In this document: positions 1-7,818 of the stretch, in pieces
Layout: each line of letters starts with the position of its first letter
How positions within the stretch are numbered: position 1 is the stretch's first letter
Origin: Alphaproteobacteria bacterium
Lineage (GTDB): Bacteria > Pseudomonadota > Alphaproteobacteria > UBA828
Direction: 5' to 3'
NCBI GenBank assembly: GCA_965237415.1
Contig: CBDEFM010000002.1
Span: forward strand, 3,424,001 to 3,488,000
DNA length: 64,000 nt
Made by a program: the position numbers and the translations under genes
Notes under the pieces: model-generated
Told to the model about the DNA's origin: nothing
The model's database searches: none
Seen by the model: only the letters and a program-made list of their open reading frames with translations

Positions 1-828
1 TCGATAGCCGTCGCGAGTCCAGAGGACCGGAAAGTAGTTCTCATCGATGGTGTTATCGCCGAGCCGCTTGTAGCGGCTGTAGATCGACCCGACACCTTGG
101 CCCAAGCGGTCCGGAACGTAGTGCGTGTCGCTTCGCATGGCGTGCAGCACCAGAGAACGGCGGGGGATCGTCGCGGTGTTGTCGCCTGAGCCGTGCCAGG
201 TCCAACCGTGATGGAAGGAGCCGCCGCCCCTAGGAACTTCCACATGGACGATTTCCGGCTCGACACCCTCCTCGGCGGCGGCCTGCTCCATGTACTTGCG
301 GTATTCCTTGGGGCCGTGAAACTCGCCTTCGGGCTGCGAATGGTGCCATCGGTGCGATCCGCGGACGAATTCGACCGTTCCTGCATCGGCCCGGGTGTCA
401 TCGAGTGCCATCCAGCAGCTCAGTAACTCCGTTGGCTGGAACCATTCCAAATACGCATTGTCCTGGTGATAAGCCAGCGGCCGTGTGCCGGGCGGCTTCC
501 ACAGCAGGTTATCGACCATCACGCGCGCGCCCGGCCATCCGCCGAGTGTGGCGATCGCCTTGCCCAAGTCGGCCCTCATGACCACTGACGCAATCGTTCG
601 ATCCGCCTTCCATCCGTTGCAGATTTGCCGAGTCAGGGAAGGGTCGCTCTCGCCCTCTTGCCAGTTGACCTCATCCGGCAGGATTCCGGTTTCGAATTCG
701 CCGCGAAAGAGTTTTCCGTAGCGCGCGTGAAGTGCCTCGACCGTCTCGTCATCGATCAGTTTATCGACGATCACAAAGCCGTCTTCGTTGAATTGGTCGA
801 TCTGTGCGGACGTGAGTTCGAAAAACAT
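1..828 (-). CDS. Phytanoyl-CoA dioxygenase (PhyH) family Fe(II)/2OG oxygenase, runs off window start
   Basis: Not in ORF track (no stop inside window). Hand translation from ATG 828: MFFELTSAQIDQFNEDGFVIV...LLWKPPGTRPLAYHQDNAY...SCWMALDD...GTVEFVRGSHRW...HHGWTWHGSGDN. HxD...H iron triad; GGAG upstream. Confidence 0.85.
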   Translation of the reverse strand, partial: MFFELTSAQIDQFNEDGFVIVDKLIDDETVEALHARYGKLFRGEFETGILPDEVNWQEGESDPSLTRQICNGWKADRTIASVVMRADLGKAIATLGGWPGARVMVDNLLWKPPGTRPLAYHQDNAYLEWFQPTELLSCWMALDDTRADAGTVEFVRGSHRWHHSQPEGEFHGPKEYRKYMEQAAAEEGVEPEIVHVEVPRGGGSFHHGWTWHGSGDNTATIPRRSLVLHAMRSDTHYVPDRLGQGVGSIYSRYKRLGDNTIDENYFPVLWTRDGYR

Positions 829-849
829 CTGCGATTCTCCATCACCCCG

Positions 850-1301
850 TCAGGGCAAGCAATCCAGATACATGTTCACATCCCAGTCTGAGACCTGCCA
901 GATGAACTTGTTCCATTCGTCGCGCTTGTACCAATCGTAGACCCTGTAGAGGTCCCCAGGGAGGGCGGATCTGATCACGTCGTCCTCCGCCAGCGCTTCG
1001 AGCGCATCGTGCAGGGTGGTGGGAATCCGTTCGATGGTTTTGCCCGAGTTCAGTACATCGACGAAGTTTCGGTCTTCAGGCTCCCCAGGATCGATCCGAT
1101 TCTTGATGCCGTCGTCGAGGGCCTTCAAAAGGGCCGCCTGCATGAGATAGGGATTGACCATGCTGTCCACGCAGCGGAACTCGAACCGATCCGGGCTCGA
1201 GACACGAATGGCGCACGACCTGTTCTGAAGGCCCCAACTCGCGCCGACCGGTGCCCACAGACCCGTGTCGTTCAACCGCCGGTAGGAGTTCACCGCGGAC
1301 G
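850..1301 (-). pseudogene. Glutamine synthetase family gene, C-terminal fragment only
   Basis: VNSYRRL...WGLQNRSCAIRV...RFEFRCVDSMVNPYL...PTTLHDALEAL are GS catalytic-domain motifs. The frame abuts an IS end at 1302 and the N-terminal two thirds are absent. Confidence 0.85.
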
Positions 1302-1475
1302 TGACCCGCCCCCGTTGAGTGGTCCTGGTTGAGTTTTAGTGCATCGCCGGTTTTTCCGCCAAGCCGGGCGGGCGGCGGAGAGGAGCGGAGCCAGGCGGCC
1401 AGCTTGGCGGAATGACCGTTTCCGGCGTCGGCGGTCAGTGTCCCAGGCTGCCATGTGGACGATTGCAGTGGATGT
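1302..1475 (-). mobile_element. IS3-family remnant: right inverted repeat plus decayed transposase C-terminus
   Basis: TGACCCGCCCCCGTTGAGTGGTCC at 1302 resembles IS3/IS407-group ends. Minus strand 1461..1336 reads RPHGSLGH*PPTPETVIPPSWPPGSAPLRRPPGLAEKPAMH* (RPHxSLG integrase tail with an internal stop). Confidence 0.75.
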
Positions 1476-1647
1476 GACGAGGGCCCACAGGCATTTGATC
1501 GAATCCACTTGTGTTTTGCTTGCAGAGCTTTGAAATGAGAAGTTGCGAGATTGGAGCGTGAGCGAAATATATCGCCAAAACAGTGGGTTATAGAATGTCT
1601 GAGAACAGGCCACCGAGTGAAATGTTAGGAGTGGTGAGAAATCCGGG
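1476..1647 (-). mobile_element. Probable IS1380-family-like terminal remnant
   Basis: Reverse complement from 1647 is CCCGGATTTCTCACCAC, matching the termini of the 58734-58996 element (CCCGCAWTTCTCACCAC). AT-richer non-coding interior. Family assignment is from memory of CCCG-type ends. Confidence 0.5.
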
Positions 1648-1888
1648 CTACCATCGGACTGGCAGGCGGAGAGGCGCGGGTGGAGAGCCATGAGCTACAC
1701 GATCGCCGAAAAGATTCTCGGGCGCGCGAGCAGGGCAGGCGTGCCGGTGCGGGCCGGCACGGAGGTCGAGGTCAAGCCCGACTATGTGCTGGGCTACGAC
1801 TTCCCCGGCTATCACGACCTCATCTTCAAGCAGATGAAGGAGGAGTTCGGCATTGAGCGCGTCGCCGAGCCGGAACGCTTCGCCCTCT
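1647..1888 (+). repeat. Direct repeat copy 1 (242 bp) of the leader and 5' end of the aconitase-family gene
   Basis: Aligns ungapped to 3836-4077 (offset 2189) with 6 substitutions counted by eye. Confidence 0.95.
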
Positions 1889-1947
1889 GTGTCGACACCA
1901 CGGCGGCCGGCGGTAACGCATCGCTGCTCGCCGAGGCGGGCGGCTAA
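1690..1947 (+). pseudogene. Chimeric remnant: LeuC-like N-terminus fused to a PutA-like C-terminal tail
   Basis: First ~66 aa duplicate the 3879 gene; the last residues LCVDTTAAGGNASLLAEAGG* resemble the conserved PutA C-terminus. Confidence 0.7.
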
Positions 1948-2143
1948 GGCCGGCAGTCTCGCCACCGAAGCTCATGGTGGACAACTTCGAGGGCCTGGCA
2001 ATGGTTCCCGGTTTGGAACGGCGGTACGCTCGTCTACATCCTCTCCGAGGACACCTTCAATTCCCTCCAGCGCACGCTCCTTCTGCTGTTTCGTCTGGAG
2101 GCTTCTTGACGTAGACCCGCGTCAATTCAAGTCTGCTCCGTGC

Positions 2144-3682
2144 TCATCGCGTGCCACCAAAGCCTGCGAGCAGCCGCACGTCCCGGTCGTCGAGAACGCC
2201 GGCCATCTCCTCATGCGCGGGGCCGAAGAACCCGCCCATAATGCGGCCCTCCTCGTCCGAAAACCCGTTGTCGGTGATACCGACAGCGTATTCCAGGTTC
2301 GGCATTTGAAAGGCGCGGGATACGCCATTTACGTCCACGATGAGGTTGTCAAAGCGTGCAGTGCCCGTGAGGACCGCCAGGTCCACGCCTAACGCTGCTT
2401 CGCCGAACACCGGCGGTAGAGCCGCGTGTCCGGTATCGACGCCCAGGAGAGAGCCTGTCCACGTGACTTCGCCCGTCAAGACTGTCGAGTCGGCGAGGTT
2501 CGTCGCGGGGTTCATACCGAACGCATCGGCGGCGGCCCGCAGCCTGTCGCTACTGCCACTCAGGCGGCGCTCCACCCCGACACCCCAGGCGCCATAGCGG
2601 CCCCAGGCGCCATACCCGTAGAGCTCCGGCTCTGACGCGCTTGCCTGGTCGAGGATCTCGTATCCCAGGTCGGTGAGGATCGCGAAGTCGAGCGCGCTCG
2701 GCCCGATCAGATTTCTGTCCCGGCTGCAATAGGCCATCACGGAGGAGCACACACCGGGATGGCCGTAATCGACCTCGGCGCCGCGCGTGCCAGGCGCAAG
2801 CGGCTCCAGATCCGCGTTGATCCATTGGAAGGGCAGAGGCGCGCCGCCGTTGGCCCGCATTGCCTCGGGACCGTCGAACGTGTTGTCGACATAGTTCGCG
2901 TAGCGTTCGAACGAGGGGAAGAACCTGCCCGGAAAGATTCCCAGGACATGCCCGATCTCGTGCGCCAGGTGGGAGGTGTCGTCATGACGTTGCCGAGACA
3001 GCAGGATCGAGCCGAGCCACGGCTCCAGGTCATCGAAACTGTAGTCGTAGTCCTGAAAGCCGCCCGATGAGATATCATCGGAGTCCGGCCCCTTGTCCAG
3101 CACGAAGATGAGGACGCCATCCGTCGTCACCGCTTCGTCCACAGGCATGTGGATATCTCCGTGATAGATGGTCGTCCCCCCCGGCGCATCATGCGTCCCG
3201 AAGTCGTCCAGAATTCGGTAGGACCAGGTCTTCCCCGCACGCTCCATCCGGGCACGCGTCGCCCTGTCGGCATTCTCCGCAAAGCGCCAGTCGAATTCGA
3301 TGTTCAGCGTGCCTGCCGGGCCGCCCTTCCACTGCCCGTAGGTGATCCCGTCCCGCTCGCCGATGATCTCGATGTCATCGGCGCGAATATTCCGCAGCTT
3401 GGTCCCGGCCCTGGCGGCATTGCCGCCTGCACCAGCCAGCAGAGAGCCGATCGTGGCCCGTCGGGCGTCAATGTCCTGCACAGCCACGAGGCCCAGTGCG
3501 CTCCGCAGACGCTCCGGGTCGTTCCAGTGATCGAGCAGGTCCTCCGCTCCCGGATTTCTACGCTCGTGGGCTCCGAATTGGGTTGCGACAGGGCCATCAC
3601 CACTGCCGCCACCGCCACAGCCGATCAGGCCCGGCGCGAGCAACACGGCGATTGCCGCCGTAATCAGCGGTCTGAAAGACAT
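2144..3682 (-). CDS. Lipoprotein with zinc metallopeptidase domain and C-terminal TbpB/transferrin-binding-like beta-barrel
   Basis: MSFRPLITAAIAVLLAPGLIG-C-GGGGSG lipobox; HEIGHVLG; DYGH and SVMAY (possible third ligand and Met-turn); C-terminal WTGSLLG...GGFFGPAHEEMAGV...AGFGGTR. ATG 3682 follows AGGGAGA. Confidence 0.7.
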   Translation of the reverse strand: MSFRPLITAAIAVLLAPGLIGCGGGGSGDGPVATQFGAHERRNPGAEDLLDHWNDPERLRSALGLVAVQDIDARRATIGSLLAGAGGNAARAGTKLRNIRADDIEIIGERDGITYGQWKGGPAGTLNIEFDWRFAENADRATRARMERAGKTWSYRILDDFGTHDAPGGTTIYHGDIHMPVDEAVTTDGVLIFVLDKGPDSDDISSGGFQDYDYSFDDLEPWLGSILLSRQRHDDTSHLAHEIGHVLGIFPGRFFPSFERYANYVDNTFDGPEAMRANGGAPLPFQWINADLEPLAPGTRGAEVDYGHPGVCSSVMAYCSRDRNLIGPSALDFAILTDLGYEILDQASASEPELYGYGAWGRYGAWGVGVERRLSGSSDRLRAAADAFGMNPATNLADSTVLTGEVTWTGSLLGVDTGHAALPPVFGEAALGVDLAVLTGTARFDNLIVDVNGVSRAFQMPNLEYAVGITDNGFSDEEGRIMGGFFGPAHEEMAGVLDDRDVRLLAGFGGTR

Positions 3683-3835
3683 GAGCACTTCTCCCTGCAT
3701 CGTCGCCTAACCCCGACGGGTCGGGCGCGCCCCGGCATTTGCGCGGGCTTGTTGTTCAAGGTGCTTCTTGGGACATGATAATCCTATCCACTCGAGGGAT
3801 TAATGGTGCGCATCCCCCGCCGCCGCCGAGACGGT

Positions 3836-4077
3836 GCTACCATCGGACTGGCAGGCAGAGAGGCGCGGGTGGAGAGCCATGAGCTACACGATCGCCGAAA
3901 AGATTCTCGGGCGCGCGAGCAGGGAAGGCGTGCCGGTGCGGGCCGGCACGGAAGTCGAGGTCAAGCCCGACTATGTGCTGGGCTACGACTTCCCCGGCTA
4001 TCTCGACCTCATCTTCAAGCAGATGAAGGAGGAGTTCGGCATCGAGCGCGTGGCCGAGCCGGAACGCTTCGCCCTCT
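3836..4077 (+). repeat. Direct repeat copy 2 (native position)
   Basis: Matches 1647-1888. Confidence 0.95.
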
Positions 4078-5162
4078 TCATCGACCACATGGTGCCCGCC
4101 AACACGCCGGAGGAGGAGGACCTCCACATCGTCACCCGCACCTGGTGCGCGGAGAACGGCGTGAAGCTGCACGAGCGCGAGGGGATCGGCCATCAGGTGG
4201 CGGCGGAGGCGGGCTATGCCGTGCCCGGCGGCTTCGTCGTCCACTTCGACGGCCACATCGCGCAGCTCGGCGCCTTCGGCACGCTCGCCATCGGCATCCA
4301 CACGCAACTGTTGGAGGCCTTCGTCCGCGAGCGGATCGACTTCACCGTGCCGGAGACCACGCGGGTCAACCTGAGCGGCACGCTCAGCCCCGGCGTCATG
4401 GCCCGCGACGTGTTCCATCATCTGGTGCGGGTGCTCGGCCCCCGCTCTTGCCGCTTTCAGGTGCTGGAACTGGGCGGGCCGGCGCTCGGCGCGATCTCGC
4501 TGGAGGGCCGCCAGACGATCACGGGCCTTGCCATGTTCACGGGCGCGCTCACCGCGATCTGCAACCCGGATCGGCTCGCGCTCGACTATGCGCATGCGCA
4601 CGTGACCCAGCCCTTCGAGCCGCAGGCGAGCGACGCGGACGCCACGTACGCCGCGGTGCACGAGGTCGATCTCACCGGCTTGGCCCCGATCGTCGTGGTG
4701 CCGCCCAATCCTGCGGCCACCGCCGATCTCGCCGACCATGCCGGGCTCGCGGTGCAGTCCGGCTATCTCGGCTCCTGTGCCTCCGGCCGGCTGGAGGATC
4801 TGCGGGCTGCGGCAGCGGTGCTCAAGGGCCGCCGTGTCGCGCCGGGGTTCCAGCTTCACATCGTACCGACCAGCCAGGCGATCATGGCGGCGGCGGCGCG
4901 GGAGGGCCTGCTCGAGACGCTGATCGAGGCCGGTGCCTTCGTCACCTCGTCGTCGTGCGATTACTGCTACGGACGGATCGCGACCATGACCGCGGGCCAG
5001 CGCGCGGTCTCCACCGGCACGCTCAACGTCACGGGGCGCATGGGGAGCCCCGAGTCCGAGATCTATCTCTGCAATGCCGCGGCAGTGGCGGCGTCGGCGC
5101 TGGAGGGGCGGATCGCCGATCCGCGCCCCTACCTCGCGGAGGCGGCGGAGGCTGGCGCATGA
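3879..5162 (+). CDS. Aconitase-family hydro-lyase large subunit (LeuC/HacA/DmdA-like, divergent)
   Basis: TIAEKIL, IDHMVP, GIGHQV, GSCASGRLEDL, SCDYCYG (three 4Fe-4S Cys), GRMG, AASALEG. ATG 3879 after GGAG. Confidence 0.85.
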   Translation: MSYTIAEKILGRASREGVPVRAGTEVEVKPDYVLGYDFPGYLDLIFKQMKEEFGIERVAEPERFALFIDHMVPANTPEEEDLHIVTRTWCAENGVKLHEREGIGHQVAAEAGYAVPGGFVVHFDGHIAQLGAFGTLAIGIHTQLLEAFVRERIDFTVPETTRVNLSGTLSPGVMARDVFHHLVRVLGPRSCRFQVLELGGPALGAISLEGRQTITGLAMFTGALTAICNPDRLALDYAHAHVTQPFEPQASDADATYAAVHEVDLTGLAPIVVVPPNPAATADLADHAGLAVQSGYLGSCASGRLEDLRAAAAVLKGRRVAPGFQLHIVPTSQAIMAAAAREGLLETLIEAGAFVTSSSCDYCYGRIATMTAGQRAVSTGTLNVTGRMGSPESEIYLCNAAAVAASALEGRIADPRPYLAEAAEAGA

Positions 5163-5680
5163 GCCTTGCGCCCCTGCGGGGTCGCGTCGCCTTCGTCTTC
5201 GAGGAGGCGGACTTCGACGTGGACCAGATCGTGGGCGTCGAGAACATCCGTCTCACGGACCCGGATGCGCTCGCTGCCTGCGCCATGCGCCGCTTCGACC
5301 CCGGCTTCGCCGAGAAGGTCGAGCCCGGCGATGTGGTCGTCGGCGCCGAGAACTTCGGCTACGGCCATCCCCACTTCGCGCCGATGATCGGGCTCCGCCG
5401 CTTGGGCATCCGCGCCGTCATCGCCGAGTCCTTCGCCACCGGCTACTGGCGGGAGGAGATCGCCGAGGGCTTCCCGCAGATCGCCTGCCCCGGCATCATC
5501 GGCCTTGCCCGGCGCTGGGACGAGATCGAGATCGACTGGGAGGCAGCGCAAGTTCGCAATCTGAGCCGGGGCGGGGCGCGCGCCATCGCCCCCTATTCCA
5601 GTGCCGAGCGCGGCATGCTGCAGGCCGGCGGGCTCATCCCCTACCTGCGCGAGAAGCTCAGCGCGGAAGGGAGCGGCTAA
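5159..5680 (+). CDS. Aconitase-family small subunit (LeuD-like, divergent)
   Basis: MSLAPLRGRV...DVDQI...PGDVVVGAENFGYG...AVIAESFA...AGGLIPY; ATGA overlap with the large subunit. Confidence 0.85.
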   Translation: MSLAPLRGRVAFVFEEADFDVDQIVGVENIRLTDPDALAACAMRRFDPGFAEKVEPGDVVVGAENFGYGHPHFAPMIGLRRLGIRAVIAESFATGYWREEIAEGFPQIACPGIIGLARRWDEIEIDWEAAQVRNLSRGGARAIAPYSSAERGMLQAGGLIPYLREKLSAEGSG

Positions 5681-5689
5681 GCCCGCAAT

Positions 5690-6154
5690 TCACGCGCGGG
5701 AGCGGTACTCTTCCGGCATCTGCGGGTTGTTGGCGGGGTCGGTGTCGTGCTTCGCGAGCCGCTTCACAACGCCTGCGCCGACGAGCGGCGTGAGCGCGGC
5801 TTCGAGGGCGTCCGCCCGATCCTTGGCGTAAACTTCCGCGCCGCCGACGTGGATCGAGAACGATTTCCGGTACTTCGCCTTCTTGGCCCGGTCGGCGATC
5901 ACCGCCTTGGTCCAGGCATAGAGCGGGTAATGCTCGATGCCACGCGCCTCGGCTTCCGCGCAATAGCCGGCGAAGGCGTCATACTGACATATGAGCTCTG
6001 CATTGTGGGCGGCGAGGATACGGCGCAGGGACCTGAGCCCCGGATGATCCGCACCCGTTTGCGCCGCTGCCGCGGCATCGTCCGCGAGATCGACGCGAAG
6101 CTGGTATTGCCACTCTCCGTCGGCTGCCCGAGGGGCCGGTAGTCCTTCTGGCAT
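5690..6154 (-). CDS. Conserved-looking hypothetical protein
   Basis: Coherent composition from MPEGL: WQYQLRVDL...CQYDAFAGYCAEAE...YPLYAWTK...HDTDPANNPQMP. Start uncertain. Confidence 0.65.
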   Translation of the reverse strand: MPEGLPAPRAADGEWQYQLRVDLADDAAAAAQTGADHPGLRSLRRILAAHNAELICQYDAFAGYCAEAEARGIEHYPLYAWTKAVIADRAKKAKYRKSFSIHVGGAEVYAKDRADALEAALTPLVGAGVVKRLAKHDTDPANNPQMPEEYRSRA

Positions 6155-6268
6155 CGCAGATGCCTTCCTGCGGCGCGTTCGGGACACGCGCACCACCCCC
6201 ATGGATACGCCCGCTGCCTCTGCGTGCCAATCGTTGCGTGCGTTCAGTCTGTGCTGGCCCGGCCTGTC

Positions 6269-6332
6269 TTTGCCGCGCCGGCGGGGGCGCGTAAGCTCTG
6301 CCCCCCGCGCGAAGGGGCGGAGGCCGCAGGGG
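6269..6332 (+). promoter_or_regulatory. Sigma70-like promoter/leader, copy A of a duplicated ~64-bp motif
   Basis: TTGCCG-N16-TAAGCT followed by CTGCCCCCCGCGCGAAGGGGCGGAGGCCGCAGGGG; similar to 7720-7783. Confidence 0.5.
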
Positions 6333-6357
6333 CCGGGCGCCGGGCGATACTGCACGA

Positions 6358-6969
6358 ATGGGACGAAAGGAGCACCTCGTGGAAAGAGAGGCGCGCTATC
6401 CGGATTACATCGGCATCTCGGATGTGAACACGAAATCCTTCGAGCAGATGCGTGTAGAGGGCTACTTCGACGGCCAGCCGTCAATCATGTTCGACGAGCC
6501 CGAAGGATTCGATATCGGCGATCCACCCGATCTGCAGGGGCGATCGCGGGGTTGGACTCCGGTTCATGCGCAGCTCTGTGCTCTGGCCTCCTGCACGTCC
6601 ATCACCATCACTGTGGTGGCCCGCGACCAGGGCTTCAAATATCAGGATCTTCGGACGAATATCCGCTCTCTCATCGACATCCGAGGCTTCTTTTTCGATC
6701 TGCATCTACAACCTAAATACGAGCAGATCAATTTCGACCTCTATGTGAAGACGCGGGAAAAGACGGAGCGGGTGAAGGACCTTGCGCGGGAAACGGATCG
6801 CCGCTGCCCGCAGATCGGCCTGTTCAGAATGGCAGGCGTTCCCATGATGATGAGCTGGTACCGGGAGGGGTCGAAAAGGCCGTTGTTCGTAGACAAATTT
6901 CATATTGGACGGGGCAAAACACCGGAGGAAAAACTGATCGAGCGGCAGAAAAAGGCCGCAGAGAAGTAA
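6358..6969 (+). CDS. OsmC/Ohr family protein
   Basis: DEP...G...TPVHAQLCALASCTSIT and TDRRCP: the two conserved OsmC cysteines. Confidence 0.75.
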   Translation: MGRKEHLVEREARYPDYIGISDVNTKSFEQMRVEGYFDGQPSIMFDEPEGFDIGDPPDLQGRSRGWTPVHAQLCALASCTSITITVVARDQGFKYQDLRTNIRSLIDIRGFFFDLHLQPKYEQINFDLYVKTREKTERVKDLARETDRRCPQIGLFRMAGVPMMMSWYREGSKRPLFVDKFHIGRGKTPEEKLIERQKKAAEK

Positions 6970-7145
6970 GCCGCATTCCAACTCCATCCTGCTGCTTCCG
7001 GCGAGGAGGAGGTGCTCAGCCTCCCACATCAGAGAGGATGTCTCCGCTGTCGCTACTCCTCTTTGCCACCGGCGGCTGAAGGCGAATCCGCGGCGCGCGC
7101 CGGGAGTCTCCAACCCATTGAGGCGTTATTCTAAGGGGGTAACGA

Positions 7146-7610
7146 ATGTCACGCTCATTCGGTCTCGATGCGGTTTCAGCGCTTGAGGCATTCAAGAGTA
7201 CAGCGGAGAGGTTTCAGGCCGACGACCTCAACGAAGACTTGGCGCGGGATTGCGCCACCAAAGCATGGCATCTTTGCGATCATACGTTCCCTGCCCTCCA
7301 CCCTGCCTCCCAATTTACAAATCTGCCGTATTTCCAAAGGCATGTCAGACAAAACTGCCCTGAACTCGGCTATCTTCAAGACATTTGCATTGAAACAAAA
7401 CACGGCAAGATTACAAATTATGTGCCACGAATCGATAAAACCCGCTATCACGGAGGTGACTTCTCGAAGGACGATTTTGATCACAACGACTTTGATGTTT
7501 CACGGCTTGAGATTACGTTGCCCAGCGGCCAGATAGTGCCATTCAGAAAACTCATCAGCTGTGCTCTCGACTATTGGTCTAAGTTCTTTCGAGATAACAA
7601 AATTACATGA
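7146..7610 (+). CDS. Hypothetical protein, low GC, possibly HEPN-like
   Basis: AT-rich 154-aa ORF after AAGGGGG; AWHLCDH...CPELGYLQDICIETKH pattern; acidic GDFSKDDFDHNDFD stretch. Confidence 0.65.
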   Translation: MSRSFGLDAVSALEAFKSTAERFQADDLNEDLARDCATKAWHLCDHTFPALHPASQFTNLPYFQRHVRQNCPELGYLQDICIETKHGKITNYVPRIDKTRYHGGDFSKDDFDHNDFDVSRLEITLPSGQIVPFRKLISCALDYWSKFFRDNKIT

Positions 7611-7719
7611 ACACGTTTCGCGCACACAGTTTGCACTGCAAGTGAATTTAACCCGCGCGGCATCGCCTCCATGTTCGGCCAAGGCGGACGGCGCGCCTGC
7701 CCGCGCGACCGAGCCAGTG

Positions 7720-7783
7720 TTTGCCGCTCCACCGGCGGGCGCGTAATCTCTGCGGCCGCGCGGAGGGGCGAGGGCCGCAGGGG
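7720..7783 (+). promoter_or_regulatory. Sigma70-like promoter/leader, copy B
   Basis: TTGCCG-N17-TAATCT followed by CTGCGGCCGCGCGGAGGGGCGAGGGCCGCAGGGG. Confidence 0.5.
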
Positions 7784-7818
7784 TCCTGCGCTGCGCTCCG
7801 CCGTCCCGGCGTCTGCCC

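Noticed and set aside
1950-2140. Toxin or other gene remnant downstream of the lipoprotein
   Set aside because: Short frames gave no convincing motif.
1647-4077. Repeat pair as a DGR template/variable region
   Set aside because: Only 3 of 6 mismatches are at adenines of one copy, the repeat is at a gene 5' end, and no reverse transcriptase is in the window.
3803-5680. 625-aa ORF as one protein
   Set aside because: The N-terminal ~450 aa are an off-frame shadow of the large subunit; only 5159-5680 is LeuD-like.
5682-5700. CCCGCAATTC as another MITE end
   Set aside because: The match stops after 10 nt and is explained by a small hairpin between convergent genes.
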